Shown: positions 45,532 to 54,742, counted from the first letter of the stretch. The stretch is 64,000 bases of DNA from Candidatus Microgenomatus sp. (GCA_020724805.1 DYGI01000001.1:175157-239156); one strand, 5' to 3'. Notes: generated by a model from the sequence alone, not told the origin. A program made the numbers and translations.

Positions 45532-45927
45532 ATGAAAAACAATAAAGTTTTGATCTGGGTCGTAGTGGTACTCGCGGTCGCGCTCATCGGGGTCGTGGGA
45601 TGGCAGCTTTGGGGAAGTGGATCCCCGCTCTACGCGGTATATCTCACCACCGGCGATCTTTATTTCGGGAAGCTTGTGCGCGTTCCGTACTTTGGATTGG
45701 AGAACGTATATCTTCTCCAGGTGAACGCGGCGAACCAAGAAAATCCCGTGTCGGTGCAGAAATTCACGAACGTGTTTTGGGGACCCGAAGACTTCGTGAA
45801 GCTGAACCGGGACGAAGTGGTGTGGATGACGCGCGTGTCGGATGGGAGCCAACTTACACAGGTGATTCGCGCGAACCCCGACCTTATTCCGTCCGCGGCC
45901 GGAGGGTTTCCACAGGTGACGGAATAA
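45532..45927 (+). CDS. hypothetical N-terminally anchored protein
   Basis: 131 aa. TM VLIWVVVVLAVALIGVVGW. Confidence 0.4.
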   Translation: MKNNKVLIWVVVVLAVALIGVVGWQLWGSGSPLYAVYLTTGDLYFGKLVRVPYFGLENVYLLQVNAANQENPVSVQKFTNVFWGPEDFVKLNRDEVVWMTRVSDGSQLTQVIRANPDLIPSAAGGFPQVTE

Positions 45928-45961
45928 ACTCCAGCAAGGGAATAAAAGAATATCGCACGCC

Positions 45962-45984
45962 AAAGCCCTGAAAGGGGCTTTTGG
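45962..45984 (+). terminator. rho-independent terminator
   Basis: aaagccc-tgaaag-gggcttt then tgg. Confidence 0.5.
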
Positions 45985-46013
45985 TTTCCCTTTTGCTATC
46001 ATGAAAGAGCAAC

Positions 46014-46499
46014 ATGCGCGGAAATGTCCTTCGACCCTTCAATGAGCTCAGGGTCGCCCTGAGTAATTCGAACGGGCGGCGGCATGCGGGACAAGCGACT
46101 CTTTCGTTCATTCTCCTCGTATCCGGAGTTATCTTGGAGGTGGCGATTGCGGGGTCGTTCGTGGCGTACTTTTTCAGCGCGTCGGGGTATGGGGAACGCG
46201 TGTCCGCGCGTGCACTCGCCGCGGCCCGCGCGGGAGTCGAAGATGCGCAGATCCAGATCGCGCGGAACAAGGAATATGGAGGCGGAAACACGGTAAGCTA
46301 TTCGTTCTCGGTGGGCGATGACGTGGCCGAAGTGACCGTATCGCGCACCACCGATTCCGGTGCGAACACCTATGTGTACACGATCACCGCGGTGGGAACC
46401 GCGTTCACACGAGAACGGCGCCTGGTAGCGACCATGGCGGTGAACCGAACCACCGGGGTAGCGCGCCTCCAAGGACTCTCCGAGCAAAGCGTTGATTGA
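46014..46499 (+). CDS. putative pseudopilin/pilus-assembly-associated membrane protein (non-canonical)
   Basis: 161 aa. GQATLSFILLVSGVILEVAIAGSF resembles a degenerate prepilin-type N-terminus. Sits directly upstream of pilM/N. Confidence 0.3.
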   Translation: MRGNVLRPFNELRVALSNSNGRRHAGQATLSFILLVSGVILEVAIAGSFVAYFFSASGYGERVSARALAAARAGVEDAQIQIARNKEYGGGNTVSYSFSVGDDVAEVTVSRTTDSGANTYVYTITAVGTAFTRERRLVATMAVNRTTGVARLQGLSEQSVD

Positions 46500-48009
46500 G
46501 CCAGAATTAATGAACTCCATTTCTCCAAAATTTCGAAGGTTTCTTGAATGGCTTGCATCCACGCCGCGGGTGGGCGCGCTCCATCTTCAAGGAACCACCG
46601 TGTCCTATCTTCGGTTGGACGGCACCACCGAGGCATTTTCGGTGAAGATGGAACCGGGGTGCCTTGTAGGTGGCCACATTATGGACCGCGGGAAAGTGCT
46701 CGCGGCGTTCACGGAATTACGCGCGCAGCTCGATGGCGGGCAAGGGAAGAAAGGAGAGGGAAGGGTGGTGGTAGTGATGCCCTCCGAACCGGTATACACC
46801 CAGGGGGTGCGCATCCCGAACGTGGGCGAAGAGCGTCTCGAGGAATCGGCGTCGCTCAACCTCCAGATGGTGTCGCCGATGGGCCGCGACGCCGCGTACA
46901 TGAGCTACGAGCTTTTGGAGGGAGGAAGCGAGCACTATGAGCTCTTGGGCGCCTTTGTGGATCGGCGAGTAGTGGACGAATTACGCGCGGTACTCGAAGA
47001 AGCGGGATTCTCGCCTATCATTTTTGAATTTTCCAGTTTGGCGCTCGCGCGTCTCATGACGCGCGTGTTGGGACCGCGGGAATTCGCGTCGCTCGGATTT
47101 TACCTTTCCTCCGACGGACTGGAATTTTTCATTGTGAAAAAAGGAAAGCTTCACTTCAGCTATTTCCACTCATGGGCATCCATCCAAGGAGGAGCGCGAG
47201 AGATTTCGCGAGAGCTTTTTGACGAGGTAGTGACCCGGGAGGTTCAGAAGGTGGTTAATTTCTCGCTTGGAAAATTCAAGGAAAGACCACGGGAGGTGGT
47301 ACTGATGGCGCCGGGACTCGAAGAAGAAGTGAAGGGTCTTCTCACGGCCCGATTCGAGCTTGCCGTAACCCAACTCGAGGTGGGAGGAGGATTCACGCCC
47401 CCGTGGTATGTGGTGCTCGGGGCGGCGCTTCGCGCGAAATCGGACCTCGCGCGCGACGACGGATTGAACCTTGCGCCGCTTCCCTCGCGAGAACTTTTCT
47501 TTGAAGAGCAGGCGCTGGGTTTCGTGAAATTGTGGCGGAACATTGCGATAGGCGTGCTCGGGCTTTTCCTTTTGTTCTTCGCGGGGAGCGCGTACTTTCT
47601 CCATCGCACCGAGGCGAATGTGGGTACCCAACTTTCGGAATTCACCGCGCGTTTCAATGAAAGCGAGCTTACCAAGCTCACACGGCAGGCGGAGGAGTTC
47701 AATGCACTCGTACACTCGGCGACAGCGGTTGCCGAATCGCGGGCGCCCTGGCATCTCATGCTTCGCACCCTCGAGGAAGTTATGAAAGACCACGACGTGG
47801 TCCTCGATCGCATCGAAATAGGGGGTATTGGGAAGGGAGCCACGCTTGTGGCGCGCGCGCTTTCGAACGATAAACTACTTTCGTTCAAAAACACGCTTGC
47901 TGAGACCCCGGGCTTCACCGGCGTGAATCTTATTGTGGCTCAGATAGCCACCCTCGAAGACAACACGGTGGGGTTCACTGTGACGTTCACGCCCGTGTTT
48001 GAAAAGTAG
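46492..48009 (+). CDS. pilM: type IV pilus assembly protein PilM fused to a PilN-like C-terminal region
   Basis: 505 aa. N-terminal actin-like ATPase fold (LHLQGTTVSYLRLDG...VVVVMPSEPVYTQGVRIPNVGEERLEESASLNLQ), TM helix (IAIGVLGLFLLFFAGSAYFL), PilN-like tail. Confidence 0.55.
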   Translation: MIEPELMNSISPKFRRFLEWLASTPRVGALHLQGTTVSYLRLDGTTEAFSVKMEPGCLVGGHIMDRGKVLAAFTELRAQLDGGQGKKGEGRVVVVMPSEPVYTQGVRIPNVGEERLEESASLNLQMVSPMGRDAAYMSYELLEGGSEHYELLGAFVDRRVVDELRAVLEEAGFSPIIFEFSSLALARLMTRVLGPREFASLGFYLSSDGLEFFIVKKGKLHFSYFHSWASIQGGAREISRELFDEVVTREVQKVVNFSLGKFKERPREVVLMAPGLEEEVKGLLTARFELAVTQLEVGGGFTPPWYVVLGAALRAKSDLARDDGLNLAPLPSRELFFEEQALGFVKLWRNIAIGVLGLFLLFFAGSAYFLHRTEANVGTQLSEFTARFNESELTKLTRQAEEFNALVHSATAVAESRAPWHLMLRTLEEVMKDHDVVLDRIEIGGIGKGATLVARALSNDKLLSFKNTLAETPGFTGVNLIVAQIATLEDNTVGFTVTFTPVFEK

Positions 48010-48502
48010 AGAGAAATTTTTCTGCTGTTTCACGCACCGCCGTTTCGGCGGTTTTTGACATCGGGCGCAGCACAAACCTTCCCGCAGGAAGGCGAGATGC
48101 ATCTCCCTTCGCGCTCTTAGGTAGTGAAGGTCGCACGCCGACGCGAAGGCGCCAAAATTCCTTGGTGCCGAGCGCCTTGATGACCGATTCGACTCCGTGA
48201 TGACCTGCGGCGCCACGGCCGAACATGAGGCGATAAGAGCCGAGCGGAAGATCGGAATCGTCGTGAATGAGAAGGAGTGTGGACGGGGAAGTGCGGAGCG
48301 GGCGTGCCACTGCGGAGCCCGACTCATTCATAAATGCCGCGGGAGAAAAAAATTTCGCGCGCGGGAACATTTCGGCGCCACGCGCTTCAAGCGCCTGTGC
48401 CGCGATGCGTCCTGCGTTGTGGTAGGTGCGCGCGTATTGTACACCCGGATTTCCGAGCCCCACAATGAGCCGTATCGTCTCCGGCTTGAATTCGACTTTC
48501 AT
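47987..48502 (-). CDS. pth: peptidyl-tRNA hydrolase
   Basis: ORF 47987..48550 trimmed to MKVEF... LIVGLGNPGVQYARTYHNAGRIAA and GHHGVESV motifs. Start could be as far as 48550. Confidence 0.85.
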   Translation of the reverse strand: MKVEFKPETIRLIVGLGNPGVQYARTYHNAGRIAAQALEARGAEMFPRAKFFSPAAFMNESGSAVARPLRTSPSTLLLIHDDSDLPLGSYRLMFGRGAAGHHGVESVIKALGTKEFWRLRVGVRPSLPKSAKGDASRLPAGRFVLRPMSKTAETAVRETAEKFLSTFQTRA

Positions 48503-48653
48503 TATCGCTAGAATTATCGCATATTTTCGCATGAATCCCGTTAGAGACAACTAAGTGGTATGTTTATATCTCACCAAATTTACACCACTATGCTTAATAG
48601 AAAAGCCGTGCGGCTCAGCCACGGTCGCCTTGAGGCGACCTACCTCTAACGGG

Positions 48654-49193
48654 ATGAAAAAAGCCCTTTGGTCGCTTTTCGAGGTTCTTCAGACGGTGGC
48701 AATCGCGGTGGTCGCCGTTTTTGTGGTGCGCACATTTATTGCTCAGCCCTTTCTTGTGTCCGGCGCTTCGATGGAACCGACATTTTCGAACGGGGATTAT
48801 CTTCTCGTGGATGAGCTCACATTCCGCTTCCGGGAGCCGGCGCGCGGTGAGGTGGTGGTATTTCGTTATCCCGGCGACGACCGTTCTTTTTATATCAAGC
48901 GCATCATCGGTCTTCCGGGTGAGCGAGTGATGATTAGGAATGGAACCGTGTCGGTGACGAAAGACGATGCGGAAGTGGTGCTCCCCGAGCCCTATATTTC
49001 CCAAACCCTTACTTCGGGCGACATCGACGTGATGTTGGGAGCGCACGAATATTATGTGCTTGGCGACAACCGCGGATTCAGCTTCGATTCGCGAAGTTGG
49101 GGGCCGCTTGGAGACGACCATGTGGTAGGACTTGTACGCATGCGTCTCTGGCCGCTTTCATCCGCGCTCGCGTTTTCCGCGCCGACCTATTAA
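48654..49193 (+). CDS. lepB: signal peptidase I
   Basis: ORF 48555 trimmed to MKKALWS. SGASMEPTF (Ser box), KRIIGLPGERV (Lys box), GDNRGFSFDSRSWGP. Confidence 0.85.
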   Translation: MKKALWSLFEVLQTVAIAVVAVFVVRTFIAQPFLVSGASMEPTFSNGDYLLVDELTFRFREPARGEVVVFRYPGDDRSFYIKRIIGLPGERVMIRNGTVSVTKDDAEVVLPEPYISQTLTSGDIDVMLGAHEYYVLGDNRGFSFDSRSWGPLGDDHVVGLVRMRLWPLSSALAFSAPTY

Positions 49194-49198
49194 CGATC

Positions 49199-50512
49199 AT
49201 GCCAAGCACAAAAAAACCTTCAGAAAAAAAATCCACAAAGCGACCCGCAAGTGTTCCTGTGTTCCAGAGCGTGAAAGGAATGTCCGACGTTCTTCCGAAA
49301 GAAGAGGGATGGTGGAAAGCGTTCCACGAAGCGGGGATGCGCACCGCAGAACTTCACGACTTCCACCTCATTGAAACGCCCATCCTCGAGCCCGCGGACC
49401 TTTTTGAGAAAGGAGTAGGAGCGTCGACCGATATCGTGGAAAAGCAGATGTACACGTTCCGGACGAAAGGAGGGGACCGGGTAGCGCTTCGCCCCGAAGG
49501 AACGGCATCGGTGATGCGCGCATATCTCGAGCACCATCTCGGCTATTTCGCGTCGCCGCTTAAAGTGTTCTACGAAGGGCCGATGTTCCGCTATGAACGC
49601 CCTCAAGCAGGGCGCGAGCGCCAATTTCACCAATGGGGTTTTGAGGTCATTGGAGACGGAGACCCGGTATACGATGCGGAGGTTATCCTCGCCACTATGG
49701 CGCTTTTTAAGGAGCTGAAAAGTGGCCCATTAGTGGTGAAGATCAATTCCATCGGATGTAAAGTATGCCGCGCTTCATATCGGGAGAAGTTGAAGAACTA
49801 TTACCGCGCGCGAGAGAAAAAGTTGTGTAAAGATTGCACGCGCCGTTTGGAAAAAAATCCCTTCCGCCTCATGGATTGCGAGGAAGAAGACTGTAAAGCG
49901 CTCCGCGAAGAAGCGCCCATCATCCTGGATTATCTTTGCCAAAGCTGTAATACGCATTTCAAGTCGGTGTTGGAGCTTGTGGAAGAGAACGGCATTCCTT
50001 ATGAGCCGGATCCTTATTTGGTGCGGGGATTGGATTATTACAATCGTACCGTGTTCGAGGTGTGGAGCCCGAGTGCGGGGAGCGCGCTCGCGGGTGGAGG
50101 TCGCTACGATTATCTCGCGGAGATACTCATGGGACGGTTGGTGCCGGCGGTCGGCGCCGCAATAGGGATAGAGCGCGCAATCTCATTCTTAAAAGGTGCG
50201 ATGCCGACCCCGCCACGGAAAGAACCGGTGCGCGTCTTTTTTGCGGCGGTGGGAGACCAAGCGAAAAAGGCGAGCTTGAGACGAATGGAAGAATTGCGGA
50301 GAGCGGGCGTGCCGGTGGTGGAAGCGCTCGGGAAGCGTTCACTCAAAGGCCAGCTTAAAGTGGCTGATAGACTCAAAGTGCCTCTCGCACTCATCTTGGG
50401 GCAGAAAGAAGTATTCGAAGGTTCGGTGATCGTGCGCGATATGGTGACCGGCGCGCAAGAAACCGCGCTCCTCGACCGTTTTGTGGAGGTGGTCAAGAAA
50501 CGGTTGCGCTAA
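49199..50512 (+). CDS. hisS: histidine--tRNA ligase
   Basis: ORF 49097 trimmed to MPSTKK. GMSDVLPKE, RPEGTASVMRAY (motif 2 region), FEVWSPSAGSALAGGGRYDYL (motif 3), anticodon-binding C-terminus. Confidence 0.9.
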   Translation: MPSTKKPSEKKSTKRPASVPVFQSVKGMSDVLPKEEGWWKAFHEAGMRTAELHDFHLIETPILEPADLFEKGVGASTDIVEKQMYTFRTKGGDRVALRPEGTASVMRAYLEHHLGYFASPLKVFYEGPMFRYERPQAGRERQFHQWGFEVIGDGDPVYDAEVILATMALFKELKSGPLVVKINSIGCKVCRASYREKLKNYYRAREKKLCKDCTRRLEKNPFRLMDCEEEDCKALREEAPIILDYLCQSCNTHFKSVLELVEENGIPYEPDPYLVRGLDYYNRTVFEVWSPSAGSALAGGGRYDYLAEILMGRLVPAVGAAIGIERAISFLKGAMPTPPRKEPVRVFFAAVGDQAKKASLRRMEELRRAGVPVVEALGKRSLKGQLKVADRLKVPLALILGQKEVFEGSVIVRDMVTGAQETALLDRFVEVVKKRLR

Positions 50513-50517
50513 TATTG

Positions 50518-50538
50518 ACCCATTACCCATTACCCATT
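50518..50538. repeat. (CCCATTA)x3 tandem heptamer in the rpsU promoter region
   Basis: cccattacccattacccatta, preceded by TTGACC. Confidence 0.5.
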
Positions 50539-50554
50539 ACTCTTTACCATTGTT

Positions 50555-50782
50555 ATGGCAATCAAAGTAAGAAAACGCGAAGGAGAGAGCGTAAACACGC
50601 TCCTCTATCGGTTCAATAAACGGGTGCAGCAAAGCGGCCTTGTGCGCGAAGTGCGCAAGCGCCAATTTCGCAAGCGTGCAGAGAACCGGACCAAGCGCAA
50701 AAATTCAGCGCTCTATCGTCGCGATAAAGAAGTAACGCTCTCGCACGAGAGAAAGTTGGGACTTGCCAAGCGCGAACGATGA
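50555..50782 (+). CDS. rpsU: 30S ribosomal protein S21
   Basis: 75 aa. MAIKVRKREGESVNTLLYRFNKRVQQSGLVREVRKRQFRKR. Confidence 0.9.
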   Translation: MAIKVRKREGESVNTLLYRFNKRVQQSGLVREVRKRQFRKRAENRTKRKNSALYRRDKEVTLSHERKLGLAKRER

Positions 50783-51243
50783 CCCTCTTTGAACGGATAA
50801 CGGCGGACGCTGCAAGTGCGGTGAAAGGCGGCGATGAAGCGCGCCGGGACACGCTCCGTTTCCTTCTCTCCTCACTCCACAACCGCGCCATTGAAAAACG
50901 CGGGAAAGGGGATTCAGAAGCGCTTACCGATGAGGATGTAATGGGAGTGGTGGAACGGGAAGTGAAAAAGCGCAAGGAAGCAGCGGATCTTTTTGAAAAA
51001 GGGGGCCGCGCGGAAAGTGCGGCCAAAGAGCGCGCGGAGAGCGGAATACTCGAGGAATATCTCCCCGCGGCACTTCCCGAGTCGGAGATCGAACGGTTGG
51101 TAGATGAAGCTATCAAATCAACCGGAGCCTCGAGCGTGAAGGACATGGGCAAGGTAATGGGCGCAGTGATGAAAGCCGCGAAAGGCGCCCGGGTTGATGC
51201 TTCCGCGGTAGGCGCGAAAGCGAAGGAAAAATTAGGAGGATGA
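50779..51243 (+). CDS. GatB/YqeY domain protein
   Basis: 154 aa. ...LSSLHNRAIEKRG...EDVMGVVEREVKKRKEAADLFEKGGRAESAAKE...VKDMGKVMGAVMKAAKGARVD typical of YqeY. Confidence 0.75.
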   Translation: MTLFERITADAASAVKGGDEARRDTLRFLLSSLHNRAIEKRGKGDSEALTDEDVMGVVEREVKKRKEAADLFEKGGRAESAAKERAESGILEEYLPAALPESEIERLVDEAIKSTGASSVKDMGKVMGAVMKAAKGARVDASAVGAKAKEKLGG

Positions 51244-51743
51244 TAACGGTTGAGGCCTCGCGTGCTCGATTTCGCCCCGTCGCACGGCGCGTCCGACAGG
51301 CGGCAAGAAAAGCGCTCTCCCGGCTCACCAAACGCCCTGTTTATGTGGGTGTTTTTTTGGTCTCCGACAAGGAAATGAAAGCCATGAATCGCAGCACGCG
51401 TGGTAAGAACAAGTGTACGAACGTTCTTTCTTTCCCCGACGGCGGCGCCTTTGTGGATTCGCCGCGGAAGCTGGACAAGGTTATGCCGCATCCGGAGCTC
51501 CCCCGCGGCACCCGCGCGCTCGGCGAGATATTCCTCGCGCCCGATTTCATTGTGCGAAAAAAAGAGGATATCGAGTTTCTCCTCATTCACGGACTTTTGC
51601 ACCTTTTTGGATATACGCACGGGAAGGCGCGTGATAGGATAGAGATGGAAAGGAAAGAAGACGAACTGTATGGCGTATACGCTCACAGGATTGGACGTCG
51701 GTTCGAGCACGGTGCGCGCCGTGGTCGTCGAAAACACGCGTGA
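51240..51743 (+). CDS. ybeY: rRNA maturation RNase YbeY
   Basis: 167 aa. HGLLHLFGYTH (H-x3-H-x5-H zinc site). Confidence 0.8.
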   Translation: MITVEASRARFRPVARRVRQAARKALSRLTKRPVYVGVFLVSDKEMKAMNRSTRGKNKCTNVLSFPDGGAFVDSPRKLDKVMPHPELPRGTRALGEIFLAPDFIVRKKEDIEFLLIHGLLHLFGYTHGKARDRIEMERKEDELYGVYAHRIGRRFEHGARRGRRKHA

Positions 51744-52893
51744 CGGCACGTTTCTCGTGCGCCACGCGTTTACCCGCCCCATGGCGGGTTTCCGACGCGG
51801 GGTCATGGTGGATGTGGAAGATGCGACCCATGCGCTTCGTGAAGTGGCGCTTGAGTTGAAAAAAGTAGGGAGGCGCGCGATGACAAACGTTTTTGTGAAT
51901 GTGGCAAGCGAGCACGTGCGCGCGCGGCTCTCGCGCGGCATTGTGGCGGTAGCGCGTGCGGACCAAGAGATACAAGACGAAGACATCGAGCGGGTGATAG
52001 AAGCATCACGCGCATTGAAACTTCCTCCAAATGCCACCGTGCTCCATTCGATTGTGCGCGAATATTTTGTGGACGATGTCGGCGACATTGCGGACCCTCT
52101 CGGGATGAATGGAAGCCGACTCGAGGTGTCCACGCTTGTGGTGGAGGCGTTCGCTCCCCATGTGAATCTTCTTGTAAAGGGACTCGATCGAGTGGGGTTG
52201 AAGGTGGGAGGACTCATTTTCAACCCGCTTGCGGCCGCAAAAAGCGCGCTTTCGAAACGCCAGCGCGAGCTCGGGTGCATTCTCATTGATTTCGGTATGG
52301 GCACTACCTCGTTCGTGATGTACGACGAGGGAAAAGTGACCCACATGAAAAGCGTGCCGGTGGGAATGGGGCACGTGACGAACGATATTGCGGTAGGGTT
52401 GAGAACTTCCATCGATGTGGCGGAACGTTTGAAGCTCGAATTTGGCGCTGCCACGACGCGCGACGTGAATCGGCGTGAAACAATCCCGCTCCACGACTAC
52501 GACCCTTCGTCGGACCGCGAAGTGACGAAGCGTTTCCTTGCGGAGATCGTTGAAGTGCGTCTCGAGGAGATATTGGGACTCATAAAAGCCGAGATACGCG
52601 GCATGGAACGGAGTTTGGAATTTCCCGGCGGGGCGGTGCTCGTGGGCGGTGGCGCAAAACTCCCCGGTCTCCCCGCGCTTGTGCGTGCGGAACTCAAGAT
52701 GCCGGTGCAGATCGGCATTCCGTACCTCGATGATTTTGTGATAGAAAATTCCGCATACCGCGAGCTTCTCGAAGACCCTCGCGCGGCGACGGTAACCGGG
52801 CTGGTGTTGTGGGGAGGAAGCGAGAGGGAGAAGGAAATCGTTCCGGGAGGAGGGGCATGGTGGAGGAAGTTGATTGGATACCTCAAGCCGTAG
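51670..52893 (+). CDS. ftsA: cell division protein FtsA
   Basis: 407 aa actin-like ATPase. LTGLDVGSSTVRAVVVE, LIDFGMGTTSFVMYDEG, VLVGGGAKLPGL. Overlaps ybeY by 74 nt in a different frame. Confidence 0.85.
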   Translation: MAYTLTGLDVGSSTVRAVVVENTRDGTFLVRHAFTRPMAGFRRGVMVDVEDATHALREVALELKKVGRRAMTNVFVNVASEHVRARLSRGIVAVARADQEIQDEDIERVIEASRALKLPPNATVLHSIVREYFVDDVGDIADPLGMNGSRLEVSTLVVEAFAPHVNLLVKGLDRVGLKVGGLIFNPLAAAKSALSKRQRELGCILIDFGMGTTSFVMYDEGKVTHMKSVPVGMGHVTNDIAVGLRTSIDVAERLKLEFGAATTRDVNRRETIPLHDYDPSSDREVTKRFLAEIVEVRLEEILGLIKAEIRGMERSLEFPGGAVLVGGGAKLPGLPALVRAELKMPVQIGIPYLDDFVIENSAYRELLEDPRAATVTGLVLWGGSEREKEIVPGGGAWWRKLIGYLKP

Positions 52894-52915
52894 TACGCTT
52901 TTCATACGATTGCTT

Positions 52916-54172
52916 ATGGCAAAGAAACGACGCACAAAGAAGAAAGTTCCGCCGAAAAAGATGGCGGTACCCCGCGTGAAAAAAGGGAAGGGCACGTTCA
53001 CGCGCATTAAGGTGGTGGGCGTGGGCGGCGGAGGAGGGAATGCGGTGACCCGCATGATGGCGGAGAGCGACCGCATCCGCGGCGTGGAATTCATTGCGGT
53101 GAATACCGACGCGCAAGACCTCGACCACGCGAGCGCGCATCGGAAGATATATATCGGGCGCGCACTCACGCATGGGCTTGGCGCGGGAATGAATCCGGAA
53201 ATAGGAAAGCAGGCGGCCGAGGAAAACCGTTCGGAACTTGGCGAAGCGCTTGATGGTGCGGACGTTATTTTTCTCACCGCAGGGTTCGGGGGAGGCACCG
53301 GCACCGGCGCGCTTCCGGTGATTGCCGAAGTGGCGCGCGAGAAGGGAATTCTCACACTCGCGGTTGTCACACGTCCGTTCACTTTTGAAGGTGGCCAGCG
53401 GATGACCATTGCGAACGAAGGTCTCGCACGTTTGAAGGATAAGGTGGATGCGTTGGTCGTTATTCCGAACGACCGGATTTTCAATATCATCGATAAAGAC
53501 ACTTCGGTGACTCGCGCGTTCGGTCACATCGACGACGTGTTGAAAAGTGCGGTGAAAGCGATTGCGGACCTTGTGAATGTGCCCGGCATCATCAATATCG
53601 ATTTCGCCGACATTAAAACGACGATGAAGGATGCGGGAACGACTTTGATTGGCATTGGCGTGGCTTCCGGTCCCGAACGGGGAGCGAAAGCCATGGAATC
53701 CGCCATCAATTCGCCCCTCCTCGAAACCTCAATGGAAGGGGCGCGCGGGCTACTTTTCAGCATCTCGGGCGGGCGCGACCTCAAGATGGCCGAGGTGCAC
53801 GACATTGCAAAAGCGGTGGCAGGGAATTTGGACCCTGGGGCACGCGTTATTTTCGGCGCATATTACGATCGCGGACTCTCCGAGAAAAGCATCAAAGTGA
53901 CGGTGATTGCGACCGGTTTCTCTGGGAGCTGGTCCGGAGGAAGCCGCCTTCCTCTCCAACCGCTCTTCGTGAAGGATATGGCTTCTCCCCCTGCGAGAGC
54001 AAAAAAGGAAACGCCGGCGGACTCACCAGCAGGGATGCGCGCGTCCGTCGGACGGGGAGTGGTCAGGGAAACAGATGAGGAGGCGGAGCGGGAAGAGCCG
54101 GCGTCTCCCGCGCCATCGAAAGAAGATACGTGGGATATCCCCGCATTTCTACGGAAGAAAAAAAGGAGATGA
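52916..54172 (+). CDS. ftsZ: cell division protein FtsZ
   Basis: ORF 52874 (TTG) trimmed to the first ATG after the ftsA stop. IKVVGVGGGGGNAV, tubulin signature GGGTGTGALPVIAEVARE, basic C-terminal tail. Confidence 0.95.
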   Translation: MAKKRRTKKKVPPKKMAVPRVKKGKGTFTRIKVVGVGGGGGNAVTRMMAESDRIRGVEFIAVNTDAQDLDHASAHRKIYIGRALTHGLGAGMNPEIGKQAAEENRSELGEALDGADVIFLTAGFGGGTGTGALPVIAEVAREKGILTLAVVTRPFTFEGGQRMTIANEGLARLKDKVDALVVIPNDRIFNIIDKDTSVTRAFGHIDDVLKSAVKAIADLVNVPGIINIDFADIKTTMKDAGTTLIGIGVASGPERGAKAMESAINSPLLETSMEGARGLLFSISGGRDLKMAEVHDIAKAVAGNLDPGARVIFGAYYDRGLSEKSIKVTVIATGFSGSWSGGSRLPLQPLFVKDMASPPARAKKETPADSPAGMRASVGRGVVRETDEEAEREEPASPAPSKEDTWDIPAFLRKKKRR

Positions 54173-54173
54173 T

Positions 54174-54200
54174 AAAAACCGCCCCCAGGGCGGTTTTTGT
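54174..54200. terminator. bidirectional terminator after ftsZ
   Basis: aaaaaccgccc-cca-gggcggttttt, a perfect 11-bp stem. Confidence 0.7.
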
Positions 54201-54221
54201 GTTTGCACTGGATATTTCGAA

Positions 54222-54370
54222 GTGTGCCTCCTGAAGGGGATCTCCTTCGCCTCTCGGCGCGCCGGCGCGCACTCGGGCTAGGCACCGCCTCGCGTGCCGT
54301 TCTTCTGAACGGCACAGTCTCCGGCGTTCGATCCCTGCCGCGCATCGAGCAGTCGATGCGCTAGTTGGTG
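54222..54370 (-). repeat. tRNA-linked element, Lys copy (family member 3, best conserved)
   Basis: 3' of tRNA-Lys. Direct 12-nt copy gtgtgcctcctg (54222-54233) of the tRNA 3' end (54368-54379). Blocks shared with the Gly copy: cttcgcctctcg, caccgcctcgc(c)gtgcc, ctccggcgttcgat, hairpin gcgcatcgagcagtcgatgcgc. Inverted T-arm copy ttcgatccctgc. Confidence 0.6.
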
Positions 54371-54443
54371 TGCCTCCTGCAGGGATCGAACCTGCGACCG
54401 TCTCCTTAAAAGGGAGCTGCTCTACCAACTGAGCTAAGGAGGC
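54371..54443 (-). tRNA. tRNA-Lys (anticodon TTT)
   Basis: GCCTCCT-TA-GCTC-AGTTGGTA-GAGC-A-GCTCC-CTTTTAA-GGAGA-CGGTC-GCAGG-TTCGATC-CCTGC-AGGAGGC-A; no CCA. Confidence 0.85.
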
Positions 54444-54540
54444 AGTTGGTTTTTTCTATAGTACCTGCGGATTTCGGTTTTCGCAATCGTTGGCACGTGC
54501 CCCGCGAACTTATACGAGTGGAATAAATTTCTCTCCGAGT

Positions 54541-54568
54541 AGCGTGGTGTAATTAATTACACCACGCT
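54541..54568. promoter_or_regulatory. perfect 14-bp-arm palindrome in the divergent tRNA-Lys/tRNA-Asn promoter region
   Basis: agcgtggtgtaatt|aattacaccacgct. Confidence 0.4.
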
Positions 54569-54653
54569 GTCATATGCAGTGGGCACATGAGAGGAGAGTT
54601 GAAAATGAAGGAGCGGTATAGCACAATAGGAACGCACTTTTAACAGTGTGTAT

Positions 54654-54725
54654 TCCCCGGTAGCTCAATGGTAGAGCGCCTCGCTGTTAACGAGTGGGTT
54701 GTAGGTTCGAATCCTACCCGGGGAG
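54654..54725 (+). tRNA. tRNA-Asn (anticodon GTT)
   Basis: TCCCCGG-TA-GCTC-AATGGTA-GAGC-G-CCTCG-CTGTTAA-CGAGT-GGGTT-GTAGG-TTCGAAT-CCTAC-CCGGGGA-G; no CCA. Confidence 0.8.
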
Positions 54726-54742
54726 CAAGCGAGTGAAATGTA

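Noticed and set aside
50613-53502. 613-aa and 498-aa minus-strand ORFs antisense to yqeY-ybeY-ftsA-ftsZ
   Set aside because: Antisense to four well-conserved genes. Low-complexity Ser/Arg/Ala composition.
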